From assembly GCA_963169515.1 (NCBI GenBank), contig CAUJEF010000140.1, forward strand, positions 96 through 64,095: DNA of 64,000 nucleotides, in the 5' to 3' direction. This document shows, in pieces, positions 28,937 to 40,992 of this stretch (the first letter of the stretch is position 1; the number at the start of each line of letters is the position of its first letter). A program made the position numbers and the translations under genes. The notes under the pieces were generated by a model that ran no database searches, was not told where the DNA came from, and saw only the letters and a program-made list of their open reading frames with translations. The stretch is from Bdellovibrionota bacterium (GTDB lineage Bacteria > Bdellovibrionota > Bdellovibrionia > Bdellovibrionales > JAEYZS01).

Positions 28937-31900
28937 TCAAGTTTGGGTTTGAGTCGTTTGCGTAGTCACCCCGCCCATTGCAAATGGCAATGTAGTGGCT
29001 GGTGCTTCAGACGAATCTTCCACCTGAACTTTCCAGTTTTTATAGACTTGAAGGCCCGTTCCAGCAGGGATCAAGCGGCCCATAATAATATTCTCTTTCA
29101 AGCCGCGAAGACCGTCTGTTCTAGACTGAATTGCTGCTTCAGTTAAAACTTTTGTGGTCTCTTGGAATGACGCTGCCGAAATCCACGATTCCGTGCTCAA
29201 AGACGCTTTTGTAATACCCAACAGCAACGGCTCAACAGTCGCCGGTTGACCGCCTTCCGCTTTAACCCTGCTATTTTCGATTTCAAACTCCATTTTTTCA
29301 ACTTGCTCGCCTGGTAAGAATTTTGTGTCTCCTGCGTCTACAACTCTAACGCGACGTAGCATTTGCTTAACAATAATCTCGATATGCTTATCGTTAATAG
29401 ACACCCCTTGCAACCGATAAACTTCTTGAACCTCGTTTACCATGTACTGGGATAATTCCTTGTCACCCAAAACCGCCAAAATATCATGCGGGTTTGTTGA
29501 TCCATCCATTAAGGCTTCACCGGCCTTCACGTACTCACCTTCTCGAACAGCCACATGTTTGCCTTTTGGAATCAAGTATTCACGTTGTTCCCCAACGTCT
29601 GGAGTAACGATCACGCGCTGCTTGCCTTTCAAGTCTTTACCAAATGAGACGTATCCATCAATCTCAGTGATAATTGCAGCTTCTTTTGGTTTTCGAGCTT
29701 CAAACAGCTCAGCAACCCGTGGAAGACCGCCCGTTATATCGCGCGTTTTTGTAGTTTCGCGATGGATTTTCGCAAGCACTTGGCCTGAAAACACATCTTC
29801 ACCATCAGCCACAAGAAGTTGCGCATCTACTGGGATAACATAACGAATTTCAACGTCTCGCCCAGGGAATTTTTTAACATTTCCATTATCATCAACGATC
29901 ATGATTGTTGGCTTCAAATCCCCTGACTTGGACTCAGTAATTACTTTCGTAGAGAATCCTGTCACAGGGTCAACTTGTTCAGCAACAGTCACGCCTTCTT
30001 CAATGTCCTTGAACATAATACGTCCAGAAACTTCAGTAATGATTGGATTTGAGTAAGGGTCCCATTCTGCAACAACGTCGCCTTGTTTTACGGAATCACC
30101 TTCTTTAAAATTCAAAATCGTCCCGTAAACCAACTTGAAACGTTCACGCTCTCGTCCAGCTCCATCGACAACGATCACTTCGCCGTTACGATTCATGACA
30201 GTCAATTTATTTTGTTTGTTGTTCACAGCCATTACATTTGCAAATTTCAACGTGCCGTCGAAGCGAGTTTCATGAACGGATTGCTCAACTGCGCGAGTTG
30301 CCGTACCGCCCAAGTGAAATGTTCTCATTGTCAGCTGCGTACCCGGCTCACCAATCGACTGAGCCGCGATAATTCCCACAGCCTCGCCAAGGTTCACCAT
30401 ATTACCGCGAGCAAGATCGCGACCGTAGCATTTCATGCACATCCCACGCTTTGATTCACAAGTTAGAACTGATCGAATGGTTACGGCCTCGATTCCAAGT
30501 TCGTCAATTTTTGCGATGTGACCTTCAACAATTTCTTCCCCTGCTGCAACAATTGTTTCATGGTTATATGGATCTTTTACGTCTTCCAGTGCCACGCGAC
30601 CCAAAATTCTTTCCCCGAGAGGTTGAATAATCTCACCACCTTCCATAAGTGGGGTTACTGCCATGCCATCTTTTGTTCCACAATCGTACTCACTTACTAT
30701 GCAATCTTGCGCGACGTCCACCAAGCGACGAGTCAGGTAACCTGAGTTTGCCGTTTTTAAAGCTGTATCCGCTAAACCTTTACGGGCACCGTGTGTCGAT
30801 GTGAAGTAATGAAGAACTGATAGCCCCTCGCGAAAGTTTGCCGTGATCGGAGCTTCGATGATTTCGCCCGACGGCTTCGCCATCAACCCGCGCATACCCG
30901 CAAGTTGGCGAATTTGAGCTGCGGAACCCCGCGCTCCTGAGTCAGCCATCACATAGATTGAGTTGAATGATGCTTCTTCAACGGTTTTTCCATTTACTTC
31001 GAATTTTTGTTTCTCAAGGTTGCCCATCATTTCTTTAGCAACACGATCGGCAGTTTGCGCCCAAATATCCACAACTTTGTTGTAGCGCTCACCATCAGTA
31101 ATCAGACCTTCGTCGTATTGCTGTCGGATTTCACGGACTTGTTTTTCAGTTTCCTCAATCATTTTCTGTTTTGCATTTGGAATTCGCATATCATCTACGC
31201 AAATGGAAATTCCTGCCTTCGTAGAATATGTAAATCCAAGTTCCATAATCTTATCAGCTAAAATTACAGTCGCTTTTGCCCCCGCTACGCGGAAACATTT
31301 GTCGATCAATGACGCAATTTGCTTTTTCGTCATAACTTGATTTACAACTTCGAACGGAACTTCTTCTGGAACGATGTCACTCAACAATGCTCGGCCAACT
31401 GTCGTTTCGCGAACTTTTTCGCCAATACGACATTTAACTGCGGCTTGTAAGTCGACCTGCTTATCTTCGTAGGCGTGAATTAATTCATCGATACCACCAA
31501 ACACCTTCCCAGAGCCCTTTGCTCCCGGGCGCATACGGGTCATCCAATAAATACCCAATACAATATCTTGTGATGGGTTAATAATTGGTTTTCCATTTGC
31601 AGGCGAAAGAATGTTGTTTGTAGACATCATTAATACGCGAGCTTCAACCTGAGCTTCAATTGAAAGCGGAACGTGAACGGCCATTTGGTCACCGTCAAAG
31701 TCTGCGTTGAAAGCTGTGCAGACAAGTGGGTGCAATAGAATTGCCTTACCTTCATGCAAACTCGGTTCGAAAGCTTGAATACCCAATCTGTGAAGTGTCG
31801 GCGCACGGTTCAATAGGACAGGGTGCTCTTTCACTACTTCAGATAAAATGTCCCAAACCTCTACACTCTCTTGTTCAACAAGTTTTTTTGCTTGCTTAAT

Positions 31901-33079
31901 TGTTGAGGCAAAGCCCCGCTCCTCAAGCTTGTTGTAAACAAACGGCTTGAATAATTCCAACGCCATTTTCTTTGGAAGACCACATTGATGCAATTTTAAG
32001 TTTGGACCGACAACGATGACCGAACGGCCTGAATAGTCCACCCGTTTACCAAGAAGGTTCTGGCGGAACCGACCCTGCTTGCCCTTAAGCATATCGCTCA
32101 AAGAGCGAAGAGGACGTTTATTGGGGCCAGTGAACACCTTCCCACGGCGACCATTATCAAATAACGCATCCACAGACTCTTGGAGCATCCGCTTTTCGTT
32201 TCGGATAATAATTTCAGGAGCATTTAACTCTTGAAGACGTTTTAAGCGATTATTCCTATTGATTACACGACGGTAAAGATCATTGAGATCCGAAGTCGCA
32301 AATCGACCACCATCTAACGGCACCAACGGGCGCAAATCCGGCGGAATCACAGGAATCACAGCAAGCATCATCCAATCAGGTTTGTTGATTGAATCTTGAA
32401 AAGCTTCAGCCACTTTTAATCGTTTAGTTAATTTTTTAATCGCAGCCTCTGACGAAGTTTCTTTAATTTCTTTGCGCAACTTTCTGCCCAAGAAATCAGG
32501 GTCAATTTTACGAAGCATCTCTAAAATACACTCACCACCCATTCCGGCTTTAAATGTTGGCCCAAACTCATTTAGAGCTGCCTGGTAAGCTTCTTCCGTA
32601 AGAACCTGTCCCTCTTCCAGCGTAGTTTCTTGTGGGTCAGTTACGACGTAAGCTTCACAGTAAAGAACTCGCTCAACATCTTTCAAAGTCATATTCAACA
32701 AATTTCCAATACGACTAGGCAGTGAGCGTAAAAACCAAATGTGCGCAACCGGAGTTGCTAATTCTATATGTCCCATGCGCTCACGACGCACTTTACTTTG
32801 TGTAACTTCAACACCGCATTTTTCACAAACAACACCACGGTATTTCATCCGTTTGTATTTACCGCACAGACACTCATAGTCTTTGATCGGACCGAAAATT
32901 TTTGCGCAAAAAAGACCGTCACGCTCTGGCTTGAAAGTACGGTAATTAATTGTTTCTGGTTTTTTTACCTCACCATGAGACCAACCACGAATCATCTCCG
33001 GAGATGCCAAAGAAATTCGCACGGCATTAAATGCGAGTGGATCTTTTGGTTTATCGAAAAAATTTAATAAATCTTTCAT
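28937..33079 (-). CDS. rpoC: DNA-directed RNA polymerase subunit beta'
   Basis: 1380 aa. Zn motif CLCGKYKR...CEKCGVEV, catalytic [12 protein letters not shown]. Confidence 0.98.
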   Translation of the reverse strand: MKDLLNFFDKPKDPLAFNAVRISLASPEMIRGWSHGEVKKPETINYRTFKPERDGLFCAKIFGPIKDYECLCGKYKRMKYRGVVCEKCGVEVTQSKVRRERMGHIELATPVAHIWFLRSLPSRIGNLLNMTLKDVERVLYCEAYVVTDPQETTLEEGQVLTEEAYQAALNEFGPTFKAGMGGECILEMLRKIDPDFLGRKLRKEIKETSSEAAIKKLTKRLKVAEAFQDSINKPDWMMLAVIPVIPPDLRPLVPLDGGRFATSDLNDLYRRVINRNNRLKRLQELNAPEIIIRNEKRMLQESVDALFDNGRRGKVFTGPNKRPLRSLSDMLKGKQGRFRQNLLGKRVDYSGRSVIVVGPNLKLHQCGLPKKMALELFKPFVYNKLEERGFASTIKQAKKLVEQESVEVWDILSEVVKEHPVLLNRAPTLHRLGIQAFEPSLHEGKAILLHPLVCTAFNADFDGDQMAVHVPLSIEAQVEARVLMMSTNNILSPANGKPIINPSQDIVLGIYWMTRMRPGAKGSGKVFGGIDELIHAYEDKQVDLQAAVKCRIGEKVRETTVGRALLSDIVPEEVPFEVVNQVMTKKQIASLIDKCFRVAGAKATVILADKIMELGFTYSTKAGISICVDDMRIPNAKQKMIEETEKQVREIRQQYDEGLITDGERYNKVVDIWAQTADRVAKEMMGNLEKQKFEVNGKTVEEASFNSIYVMADSGARGSAAQIRQLAGMRGLMAKPSGEIIEAPITANFREGLSVLHYFTSTHGARKGLADTALKTANSGYLTRRLVDVAQDCIVSEYDCGTKDGMAVTPLMEGGEIIQPLGERILGRVALEDVKDPYNHETIVAAGEEIVEGHIAKIDELGIEAVTIRSVLTCESKRGMCMKCYGRDLARGNMVNLGEAVGIIAAQSIGEPGTQLTMRTFHLGGTATRAVEQSVHETRFDGTLKFANVMAVNNKQNKLTVMNRNGEVIVVDGAGRERERFKLVYGTILNFKEGDSVKQGDVVAEWDPYSNPIITEVSGRIMFKDIEEGVTVAEQVDPVTGFSTKVITESKSGDLKPTIMIVDDNGNVKKFPGRDVEIRYVIPVDAQLLVADGEDVFSGQVLAKIHRETTKTRDITGGLPRVAELFEARKPKEAAIITEIDGYVSFGKDLKGKQRVIVTPDVGEQREYLIPKGKHVAVREGEYVKAGEALMDGSTNPHDILAVLGDKELSQYMVNEVQEVYRLQGVSINDKHIEIIVKQMLRRVRVVDAGDTKFLPGEQVEKMEFEIENSRVKAEGGQPATVEPLLLGITKASLSTESWISAASFQETTKVLTEAAIQSRTDGLRGLKENIIMGRLIPAGTGLQVYKNWKVQVEDSSEAPATTLPFAMGGVTTQTTQTQT

Positions 33080-33092
33080 TTTTAATCCTCGT

Positions 33093-36000
33093 TTATTGCT
33101 GTAATGGTTGTTCTGGGGTTGCTACATCGTCGATTTTGTCAGTTAAGATATCTGACTCCATCAGTTCCACGTTCAAAGCCAAGCTTTGGAGCTCTTTCAC
33201 TAGAACATTGAACGATTCTGGCAATCCCGGTTCAAGTATATTTTCACCCTTAACAATGCTTTCGTACATACGTGTTCGACCAGCGACGTCGTCCGACTTT
33301 ACGGTCAGAAACTCTTGTAAAGAGTAAGCCGCGCCGTACGCCTCAATCGCCCAAACTTCCATTTCTCCGAGCCTTTGACCACCAAACTGCGCTTTACCGC
33401 CAAGTGGCTGCTGGGAAACAAGTGAATAAGGACCAATTGATCGGGCGTGAATTTTCTCTTCGACCAAGTGGTGTAGTTTCAGCATATACATAACACCAAC
33501 AGTTACTTGGTTTTCAAACGGCTCACCCGAACGACCGTCAAATAAAATTGTTTGGGCGCGCTCTGGCAATTTAGCGTTCCGAAGCATTTCTTTAATTTCA
33601 GTTTCTTTCGCACCATCAAACACCGGGGTCGCGAAATGAATACCTTCTTTTACAAGTGGCAACATTTTCTTCAAACTCTCTTCGTCGGTCTGTTCAATTT
33701 TTTTGGATAAGTCTTCATCGTTGTACATTTTCTTGAGAGCCTTGCGAACTTCATCCGCCTTAAACTCTTCGATGTATCTATCGACTTGCTTACCCAAATG
33801 GTGAGCTGCCCACCCCAAGTGAACCTCTAAAATTTGTCCAATATTCATACGCGAAGGAACGCCCAATGGGTTCAGCACCATATCTACCGGAGTACCATCC
33901 GCAAGATACGGCATATCTTCCATAGGCATGATTCTCGAAACAACGCCCTTATTACCGTGACGTCCGGCAAATTTATCGCCTACTTGAAGTTTACGTTTTA
34001 TTGCGACGTAAACTTTAACCATTTTTATCACGCCTGGAGGCAGCTCGTCGCCTTTGTTTAGACGATCCATCTTCTCGTTGAACACCAACTTCACGGCATC
34101 CAATTGATTGCGAGCGCTATCGATAATTTTTGTAATTTGATATTCAAGCTCTGTTTCCAAAGGAACATACGTCAAAAGTTCAAACGGAATTGTCTCAAGA
34201 TCCGCTGACGTGATCTCTTGATCCTTTTCCAAAAGCTTTTGAGAGCCGTCTTCATTTAACAAAACGCCTGTTGTTTTCTTTCCAACCAACATACCCTTGA
34301 GCTTATCAATGGCGTTGTTTTTAATAACATTCTGTTCAACCTGAAGATCCTTTGTCAATTTTTGCTTTTTCTGGGCAATGATGGTCTGCAACCGCTCATC
34401 TTGGTCCATGCCTTCGCGGCTGTAAACCTGAGCATCTATCACCGTACCATAAACTCCCGATGGAACACGCAGTGAAGTATCGCGAACGTCGCCCGCCTTT
34501 TCGCCGAAGATCGCACGCAATAGCTTTTCTTCTGGGGAAAGCTGTGTTTCACCTTTTGGTGTAACTTTACCAACAAGGATATGGCCAGGCTGAACTTCCG
34601 CGCCAATGCGGATAATGCCGCTTGAATCAAGGTCTTTCAGCGCCTCTTCGCCTACGTTTGCAATATCCCGAGTGATTTCTTCTTTTCCGAGCTTCGTGTC
34701 ACGGGCCATACATTCAAATTCTTCAATATGAATTGATGTGAATGTATCTTCTTGGATCAAGCGTTCAGAAATTAGAATCGAATCCTCGAAGTTATAACCC
34801 ATCCACGGAGTAAACGCGATCAACACGTTTTGGCCAAGAGCAAGTTCACCGTATTCAGTTGACGGACCATCTGCGATAATATCCCCAGCTTTAACCTTAT
34901 CACCAACTTTTACGATCGGTTTTTGATTAAAGCAGGTATTCTGGTTCGTGCGCTGATATTTGATTAAGTTGTAAATATCTACGTTCGCTCCAAGCTCGCC
35001 ACCCTTAGCAAGACGACGAATAACGATTCGTGACGCATCAACAACTTCAACAAGACCATCATTTGTTGCCACAACACTTGTTCCAGAATCCTGGGCAACC
35101 AATTTTTCGACACCCGTTCCAATCAGCGGAGAGCGTGATCGCAGCAGCGGCACAGCTTGGCGTTGCATATTCGAACCCATCAATGCGCGGTTCGCATCAT
35201 CATGCTCAAGAAATGGAATTAAAGACGCTGCAATCGATACAAGCTGTGATGGAGAAACGTCCATCAATGTTACATTTTCTGAGTCGACAATATCATACTC
35301 ACCGTTTGATCGGACGCTAACAGGTTTTTTATTTTTAATTTCTGTTTCAGCACCAGACTGAGCAATAACTTGCCCTGATTCTTCAAGAGCCGACATATAA
35401 TCAATTTGTTTTGCTACTTTACCGCTCGTAACTTTATGGTACGGGGTTTCGATAAAGCCATATTTATTAATACGTGCATACGTAGCCAAAGATGCGATCA
35501 AGCCAATGTTTGGTCCCTCTGGCGTTTCAATTGGACAAATGCGGCCGTAATGGGTCGGATGCACGTCGCGCACCTCAAAACCTGCACGATCACGAGTTAG
35601 TCCCCCAGGGCCAAGAGCAGATAGACGGCGTTTGTGCGTAATCTCTGATAATGGATTTGTTTGGTCCATGAACTGGGACAACTGGCCTGACCCGAAGAAT
35701 TCTTTTACAACTGCATTCACTGGTTTTGCGTTCACCAAATCATGTGGCATCATGGTTTCAATATCTTGTAGAGACATCCTTTCTCGAATCGCACGCTCCA
35801 TGCGAACTAGACCAATACGATATTGATTCTCTAATAGCTCGCCTACAGAGCGAACTCGGCGATTACCCAAGTGGTCGATGTCATCGACCTGACCACGACC
35901 GTTTTTTAGATCGATCAACATTTTCACGCAAGACATAATGTCTTTATGCGTAAGCGTACGGTGATCAATTGGGCATTCACTTTCTGAAATGCTAAATTTG

Positions 36001-37250
36001 TGATTAATTTTGATACGTCCAACCTCTGATAGATCGTATGTCTCTGGGTCAAAGAACAAGCGATGAAAAAAGGTTTTTGCAGCATCAATTGTTGCTGGTT
36101 CTCCCGGACGCAGTCGTTTGTAAATCTCTAGCAACGCTTCGTCCGTTCCATTTACTTTATCCACCAACAATGTATTTCTTAAGAAAGGTCCAGCGCCCAT
36201 CCCATCAAAGAAAATTGTTTTGAAATCTTTTGCTCCAGAATCACGGATCGATGCCAAAACATCCAAGGTAATCTCAGCATTTGCCTCTACTAAAACTTCA
36301 CCCGTGGATTGATCGAAAATCGTTTTGGCAATAACCTTACCCATCAAGTTTTCAGCGTCGATTTCTATTTCTTTCAAGTTTAAGGATTTAACCTTATTGA
36401 CGGCAGCGCGAGTAATGCGACGGCCTTGTTTTACAATTGCCTCCCCAGAGCTCGGGTCAATAATATCCGCAACAGCTCTTTGCCCTGCCATTTTTTCAAT
36501 ATCTAATGAGCGAATAAATTTCCCACTTTTAGAAATTTTAACCGTGTCAAGGTCGTAGAAATAATCAAGTAGTTCTTCTGTTGTTTTGCCAAGCGCCTTC
36601 AGCAAAATGGTCGCCGGAAATTTACGGCGCCGGTCAATACGCACATGCAGGATATCCTTTTGATCAAACTCAAGATCCAACCAGGATCCCCGATACGGAA
36701 TTACACGTGCAGTATAGATTAGCTTGCCGCTGGCAGTCTTTTCCCCGGAATCATGGTCAAAAAAGACACCTGGAGAGCGGTGCAACTGGCTCACAACAAC
36801 GCGCTCAGTTCCATTAATAATGAAAGAACCACTTGTTGTCATAAGCGGAATTTCACCCAAGTAAATTTCTTGTTCTTTAACGTCCCGAATATTTTTAGTT
36901 TCGGAACCCTCTTCTGCTTCAAATACAATAAGGCGTAGCGTGACTTTTAATGGCGCAGCAAAGGTCATTCCTCTTTGACGGCACTCTTCAACGTCATATT
37001 TGGGTGGTTCGAGTGTGTAACTTACGAATTCAAGGCTTGCCGTATTGTTAAAACTTGAGATTGGGAAAACAGATTTAAATACACCCTGAAGGCCCGTGTC
37101 GCTGCGACGATCTGGATCCACATCTTTTTGAAGGAACTGCTCATATGATTTTTTTTGCAATTCGATCAAGTTAGGGATCGGAATAACGCTTTTGTTTTTA
37201 GAAAAACTTTTGCGAAGACGAAGGTTTGAACCAGTCAACGATAAGTTCAT
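33093..37250 (-). CDS. rpoB: DNA-directed RNA polymerase subunit beta
   Basis: 1385 aa. Motifs: ...[31 protein letters not shown]..., ...[10 protein letters not shown]..., ...MNIGQILE... Confidence 0.98.
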   Translation of the reverse strand: MNLSLTGSNLRLRKSFSKNKSVIPIPNLIELQKKSYEQFLQKDVDPDRRSDTGLQGVFKSVFPISSFNNTASLEFVSYTLEPPKYDVEECRQRGMTFAAPLKVTLRLIVFEAEEGSETKNIRDVKEQEIYLGEIPLMTTSGSFIINGTERVVVSQLHRSPGVFFDHDSGEKTASGKLIYTARVIPYRGSWLDLEFDQKDILHVRIDRRRKFPATILLKALGKTTEELLDYFYDLDTVKISKSGKFIRSLDIEKMAGQRAVADIIDPSSGEAIVKQGRRITRAAVNKVKSLNLKEIEIDAENLMGKVIAKTIFDQSTGEVLVEANAEITLDVLASIRDSGAKDFKTIFFDGMGAGPFLRNTLLVDKVNGTDEALLEIYKRLRPGEPATIDAAKTFFHRLFFDPETYDLSEVGRIKINHKFSISESECPIDHRTLTHKDIMSCVKMLIDLKNGRGQVDDIDHLGNRRVRSVGELLENQYRIGLVRMERAIRERMSLQDIETMMPHDLVNAKPVNAVVKEFFGSGQLSQFMDQTNPLSEITHKRRLSALGPGGLTRDRAGFEVRDVHPTHYGRICPIETPEGPNIGLIASLATYARINKYGFIETPYHKVTSGKVAKQIDYMSALEESGQVIAQSGAETEIKNKKPVSVRSNGEYDIVDSENVTLMDVSPSQLVSIAASLIPFLEHDDANRALMGSNMQRQAVPLLRSRSPLIGTGVEKLVAQDSGTSVVATNDGLVEVVDASRIVIRRLAKGGELGANVDIYNLIKYQRTNQNTCFNQKPIVKVGDKVKAGDIIADGPSTEYGELALGQNVLIAFTPWMGYNFEDSILISERLIQEDTFTSIHIEEFECMARDTKLGKEEITRDIANVGEEALKDLDSSGIIRIGAEVQPGHILVGKVTPKGETQLSPEEKLLRAIFGEKAGDVRDTSLRVPSGVYGTVIDAQVYSREGMDQDERLQTIIAQKKQKLTKDLQVEQNVIKNNAIDKLKGMLVGKKTTGVLLNEDGSQKLLEKDQEITSADLETIPFELLTYVPLETELEYQITKIIDSARNQLDAVKLVFNEKMDRLNKGDELPPGVIKMVKVYVAIKRKLQVGDKFAGRHGNKGVVSRIMPMEDMPYLADGTPVDMVLNPLGVPSRMNIGQILEVHLGWAAHHLGKQVDRYIEEFKADEVRKALKKMYNDEDLSKKIEQTDEESLKKMLPLVKEGIHFATPVFDGAKETEIKEMLRNAKLPERAQTILFDGRSGEPFENQVTVGVMYMLKLHHLVEEKIHARSIGPYSLVSQQPLGGKAQFGGQRLGEMEVWAIEAYGAAYSLQEFLTVKSDDVAGRTRMYESIVKGENILEPGLPESFNVLVKELQSLALNVELMESDILTDKIDDVATPEQPLQQ

Positions 37251-37377
37251 TAATAACTCCTTAGGGACATGCCCATATATAAAAATAAATAATTTTTTTA
37301 GAGCCTAAGCTCTCAATTTGGTCTTTTTAGACCTATATGGGTAAGCTTACATAATAAGAAAGCTCACATTTTAAAGA

Positions 37378-37408
37378 ACAGAGGGACCGACCCTCTGTAT
37401 AGAGGGCC
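37378..37408 (-). promoter_or_regulatory. Candidate attenuator: two mutually exclusive hairpins in the rplL-rpoB spacer
   Basis: Minus-strand RNA reads GGCCCUCU-AUAC-AGAGGGUC, then ACAGAGGG-UCGGU-CCCUCUGU, then UCUUUAAAAU. The central AGAGGG can pair with either flanking CCCUCU. The second hairpin is terminator-like. Confidence 0.4.
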
Positions 37409-37428
37409 AATCATTCAACCACAGAAGA

Positions 37429-37812
37429 CTATTTCAAAGTTACTTTGGCGCCGGCAGCTTCTAGGACTTTTTTCATTTTGTCAGCTTCGTCCTTAGTAAC
37501 GCCTTCTTTTACGGTTTTGGGCGCACCCTCAACAAGATCTTTTGCTTCTTTCAAGCCAAGACCTGTAAGGGTACGTACTTCTTTAATTACGTTAATTTTT
37601 GTAGCTCCACCGTCCTGAAGAATAACTGTGAATTCAGTCTTTTCTTCAGCAGGTGCTCCGCCTGCGGCGGGCGCCCCACCCGCAGCCGCAACAGCCACTG
37701 GGGCCGCCGCAGAAACACCCCATTTTTCTTCTAGGGTTTTAATTAAACCAGCAAGTTCTGTTACTGGCATTTTTGATAGAAAATCAACTACTTGATCTTG
37801 AGTTACTGACAT
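37429..37812 (-). CDS. rplL: 50S ribosomal protein L7/L12
   Basis: ATG at 37812 preferred (GGAGGA Shine-Dalgarno), giving [33 protein letters not shown]..., an Ala/Gly hinge, and ...[12 protein letters not shown]... Confidence 0.95.
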   Translation of the reverse strand: MSVTQDQVVDFLSKMPVTELAGLIKTLEEKWGVSAAAPVAVAAAGGAPAAGGAPAEEKTEFTVILQDGGATKINVIKEVRTLTGLGLKEAKDLVEGAPKTVKEGVTKDEADKMKKVLEAAGAKVTLK

Positions 37813-37868
37813 TTTTTCCTCCAAAGGAATTTTATTAGTTAAATTTAAAAATTCATACAAACAGCAGA

Positions 37869-38399
37869 CTATCCTGCCTGTTCTTGTTTTTCTTTATGGG
37901 CACGAAGCAACTGAACAAAACTTGTCGCAGGCGTATTAAGCAACCGCACGAATGTTGCTGCAGGCGCTGATAACACTCCTAACAATTGTGCTCGCAAAAC
38001 TTCTTTGGATGGGAGCTTTGCAAGATACTCGATAGTATCCGCACCTAAAGCTTTGCCATCCATCACTCCGGCTTTAACAACCAACTGCTCTACTGTCTTA
38101 CCGAATTCAGTAAGTTCTTTTGCAGTTAAGCTTGGATCTTCATTTACAAAAATGAAGGCATTATTCCCAACAAGCGTTGCTGCAATTGCAGATTTGGTCT
38201 CCGGATGATCCTCGAGTGCACGAAGAGCTAGCGTATTTCTAACCACCTTCATATCAGCTTTTGTCGCGTGCATTTTTTTGCGCAAATCTGTGACTTGCTC
38301 AACGGTCATACCTTTAAAGTCGACCAAAAATGCGGCTTTCGCCTTCGCTACGCGCGCTGAAATGTCCGTGATTAAACCCGCTTTATCGGCTCGATTCAC
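37869..38399 (-). CDS. rplJ: 50S ribosomal protein L10
   Basis: 176 aa. GTG start 5 nt after AGGAGG. ...[20 protein letters not shown]... Position between rplA and rplL. Confidence 0.94.
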   Translation of the reverse strand: MNRADKAGLITDISARVAKAKAAFLVDFKGMTVEQVTDLRKKMHATKADMKVVRNTLALRALEDHPETKSAIAATLVGNNAFIFVNEDPSLTAKELTEFGKTVEQLVVKAGVMDGKALGADTIEYLAKLPSKEVLRAQLLGVLSAPAATFVRLLNTPATSFVQLLRAHKEKQEQAG

Positions 38400-38614
38400 A
38401 TGGACCTCCTTTCATCGCGAAAACCCCTTCGGGCTTTCTTTGTTTCAGCGATCAGGAGAAAAAAATTCTTCCCGTCTCGGAAGGCGTATCTTAATTGATA
38501 CATTACCTTGTCTTTACAAGACCTTCTGTCTCTGACCGCACCTACTTCAGTAGGTATTTTAAACTTTCAAAAGAAGCTTATACAGAAAGCTCCTCATTTA
38601 ATATTTCCAAAAAA
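38400..38614 (-). promoter_or_regulatory. Structured rplJ leader region (possible L10-leader-type autoregulatory 5' UTR and/or promoter)
   Basis: 215-nt gap between rplA and rplJ. It holds several hairpins on the minus strand: ACCUAC-UGAA-GUAGGU, CUUCC-GAGAC-GGGAAG, GAAAGCCC-GAAG-GGGUUUUC. The position matches known L10 leaders. Motif identity not verifiable by eye. Confidence 0.35.
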
Positions 38615-39322
38615 TCATTCGGCTTGCGGTTGCAGTTTTGAAACTTCAATCGCAAGGCTTGGTCCCATTGATGCGGACACATAAACACTTTTCAAATACA
38701 CACCCTTCGACGTCGCAGGTTTGGCCTTAATAACTGCCTGGATGAAAGCCATGAAGTTTTCTTTCAGCCCTTTTTCACCTATGCTTTTCTTACCGATTGA
38801 TACGTGTACGGTTCCCGCTTTATCAACGCGGAAATCTAATTTTCCCTTTTTCTCGTTTTCGACGGCCTTTCCTACATCAAAAGTGACCGTTCCAACTTTT
38901 GGATTCGGCATCAAACCGCGCGGACCCAATACACGCGCCACTTTTGAAACCGCAACCATCATGTCTGGAGTTGCAATGGCTTTATCAAAATCCATCCAAC
39001 CACCATTGATTTTCTCAATAAGCTCTTCCGCTCCAACATAGTCGGCGCCAGCTGCTTTCGCTTCTTTCTCTTTTTCGCCCTTTGCAAAAACAAGAACGCG
39101 AACTTGCTTGCCAAGTCCATTCGGAACAGAAACTGCTCCACGGACTTGCTGGTCGCCTTGTTTTACGTCAACACCAAGATTCACGGCAACGTCGATGGCT
39201 TCATCAAACTTTGCAGTTGCAAGATCTGGAAGCATTTTAAAAGCTGCGTCCACATCATATTTTTGAGTTGCCTTTATTTTCTTGTCTAATTCCCTAAAAC
39301 GTTTTGATGCTTTTTTTGCCAT
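38615..39322 (-). CDS. rplA: 50S ribosomal protein L1
   Basis: 235 aa. ...FDEAIDVAVNLGVDVKQGDQQVRG...LGPRGLMPNPK.GTVT... Confidence 0.96.
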   Translation of the reverse strand: MAKKASKRFRELDKKIKATQKYDVDAAFKMLPDLATAKFDEAIDVAVNLGVDVKQGDQQVRGAVSVPNGLGKQVRVLVFAKGEKEKEAKAAGADYVGAEELIEKINGGWMDFDKAIATPDMMVAVSKVARVLGPRGLMPNPKVGTVTFDVGKAVENEKKGKLDFRVDKAGTVHVSIGKKSIGEKGLKENFMAFIQAVIKAKPATSKGVYLKSVYVSASMGPSLAIEVSKLQPQAE

Positions 39323-39332
39323 TTTTTACCTC

Positions 39333-39755
39333 TTATCCGACGATCTCAACGCCCATACTTTTTGCCGTACCTTCAACTTGTCTCATCGCCGCTTCAACGT
39401 CGTAACAGTTCAAGTCTGGAAGTTTGATTTGAGCTATTTTTTTAATTTGGGCCTGGTTAATTTTCCCGACCTTATCTTTTTGTGGCATTTTCGATCCGTC
39501 TTCTAATTTTATTTCTTTTTTTATCAAAATAGATACTGGAGAAGTTTTTGTTATAAAGGTAAATGATCGGTCTTGGTACACAGTAATCACTACAGGAACA
39601 ATCATGTCGCCATCTTTTTGAGTTTTCGCATTAAATTTTTTGCAGAATTCCATGATGTTCACACCATGCTGACCTAGCGCTGGGCCAACCGGAGGCGAAG
39701 GATTTGCCTTACCTGCCGGAATTTGAAGTTTAATCATTGCTTGAACTTTTTTCAT
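39333..39755 (-). CDS. rplK: 50S ribosomal protein L11
   Basis: 140 aa. ...[35 protein letters not shown]... Confidence 0.97.
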   Translation of the reverse strand: MKKVQAMIKLQIPAGKANPSPPVGPALGQHGVNIMEFCKKFNAKTQKDGDMIVPVVITVYQDRSFTFITKTSPVSILIKKEIKLEDGSKMPQKDKVGKINQAQIKKIAQIKLPDLNCYDVEAAMRQVEGTAKSMGVEIVG

Positions 39756-39792
39756 AACTCTCTCCGAATCGTCTCAGCGATCAGTTAAATAA

Positions 39793-40329
39793 TTAATCAG
39801 TACTCTTTTCAACTTGCATAAAATCAAGCTCTACGGGCGTTGGACGGCCAAAGATGCTCACTAGAACTTTTACTTTTTCTTTTTCCATATTTATCTCTTC
39901 GACGGTTCCATTAAAATTGCTGAACGGGCCGTCAACAACTCGAACATTTTCGCCCTCTTTGAAATTCACTTTTGCCTTAGGGCGCTCTGTTCCCTCTTCA
40001 GCTTGTTTTGTTACGCGCACAACTTGATCTGCGGGGACTGGGGTCGGCTGAGCCTTGCTTCCGACAAACCCTGTGACCTTGGATGCGCCCTTAACCAAAT
40101 GCCAAGTTTCTTGGGTTAGTTCCATTTCTACAAACATATAACCCGGGAAGAACTTTTTAGATCGAGTTTGTTTTTTTCCTTTAACTAGCTGAACTACGTT
40201 TTCGGTGGGAATCAAAATCTGACCAAAAAACTTATCCATCGAATGTCGTTTTATACGCTCTTCCAAAGAAGCTTTTGCCTGAGCTTCAAACCCAGATTGT
40301 GCATTAACAACGTACCATTTTTTTTCCAC
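39793..40329 (-). CDS. nusG: Transcription termination/antitermination factor NusG
   Basis: 178 aa. MEKKWYVVNAQSGFE...PGYMFVEM..., then a KOW motif GENVRVVDGPFSNFNGTVEEI. Confidence 0.95.
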   Translation of the reverse strand: MEKKWYVVNAQSGFEAQAKASLEERIKRHSMDKFFGQILIPTENVVQLVKGKKQTRSKKFFPGYMFVEMELTQETWHLVKGASKVTGFVGSKAQPTPVPADQVVRVTKQAEEGTERPKAKVNFKEGENVRVVDGPFSNFNGTVEEINMEKEKVKVLVSIFGRPTPVELDFMQVEKSTD

Positions 40330-40342
40330 AGTCTTTTCCTAA

Positions 40343-40723
40343 CTAAAGGGTCAATAAATAATTAACAATTTTTGCCGATGTTATATCCACAACCGACAAG
40401 AAGATTCCAACGATTAAAAGCAAAATACAAACAACCACCGTTAATTGAGTGGTTTCAGACATACTTCTCCATACCACTTTGCGAATTTCCATAACTACTT
40501 CATCAGCCCAAGCCATAATTTTTTTATTGAGAAGCAGCACCAAAAATACGAGTATACCAAATCCGACTGGGAGTATATGTTGGGCAAAATCCCCCTGGGT
40601 ATACTGCGCGACAACACCTGAAATCGCTGACAGTAATTCAATAATAGTTACCAAAATATATGCGGCCAAAAACGCTGTGGCAGAAAACAATACCGTGATA
40701 ATTTTTTTGTTGTTTTGTTCCAT
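40343..40723 (-). CDS. secE: Preprotein translocase subunit SecE (long, three-TM form)
   Basis: 126 aa with three hydrophobic helices. Conserved C-terminal segment EIRKVVWRSMSETTQLTVVVCILLLIVGIFL. Position tRNA-Trp/secE/nusG. Confidence 0.85.
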   Translation of the reverse strand: MEQNNKKIITVLFSATAFLAAYILVTIIELLSAISGVVAQYTQGDFAQHILPVGFGILVFLVLLLNKKIMAWADEVVMEIRKVVWRSMSETTQLTVVVCILLLIVGIFLSVVDITSAKIVNYLLTL

Positions 40724-40778
40724 CTATCCTTCTCCGATCAAGTCGCCAAGGCGAATCGATCACTTTTACATCGAAAAC

Positions 40779-40854
40779 TGGCAGGGCAGGAGGGATTCGA
40801 ACCCACAACCCACGGATTTGGAATCCGTTGCTCTACCGTTAGAGCTACTGCCCT
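40779..40854 (-). tRNA. tRNA-Trp (anticodon CCA)
   Basis: The reverse complement folds as a cloverleaf: AGGGCAG-TA-GCTC..GAGC-A-ACGGA-TTCCAAA-TCCGT...GGGTTCGAATCCC..CTGCCCT-G-CCA. 76 nt with an encoded CCA end. Confidence 0.93.
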
Positions 40855-40892
40855 ATCTCACTGCTCTTCATCGCAGAGCCCTTTTTAAACAT

Positions 40893-40927
40893 TCACAAAA
40901 GCCAAAGGGGATCCACATCCGATCCCC
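40893..40927 (-). terminator. Putative intrinsic terminator after tuf
   Basis: The minus strand reads GGGGAUC-GGAUGUG-GAUCCCC (7-bp stem, 40907..40927) followed by UUUGGCUUUUGUG. Confidence 0.5.
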
Positions 40928-40992
40928 ATTCAGAGACTGCTTTTAACTGCAGCTCCCCGCTAGACCTAGTTTTATTAGAGCTGAAACAGAAA

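Noticed and set aside
40449-40946. 165-aa plus-strand ORF spanning secE antisense and tRNA-Trp
   Set aside because: It runs through a tRNA gene and is antisense to a well-supported secE. No coding signals.
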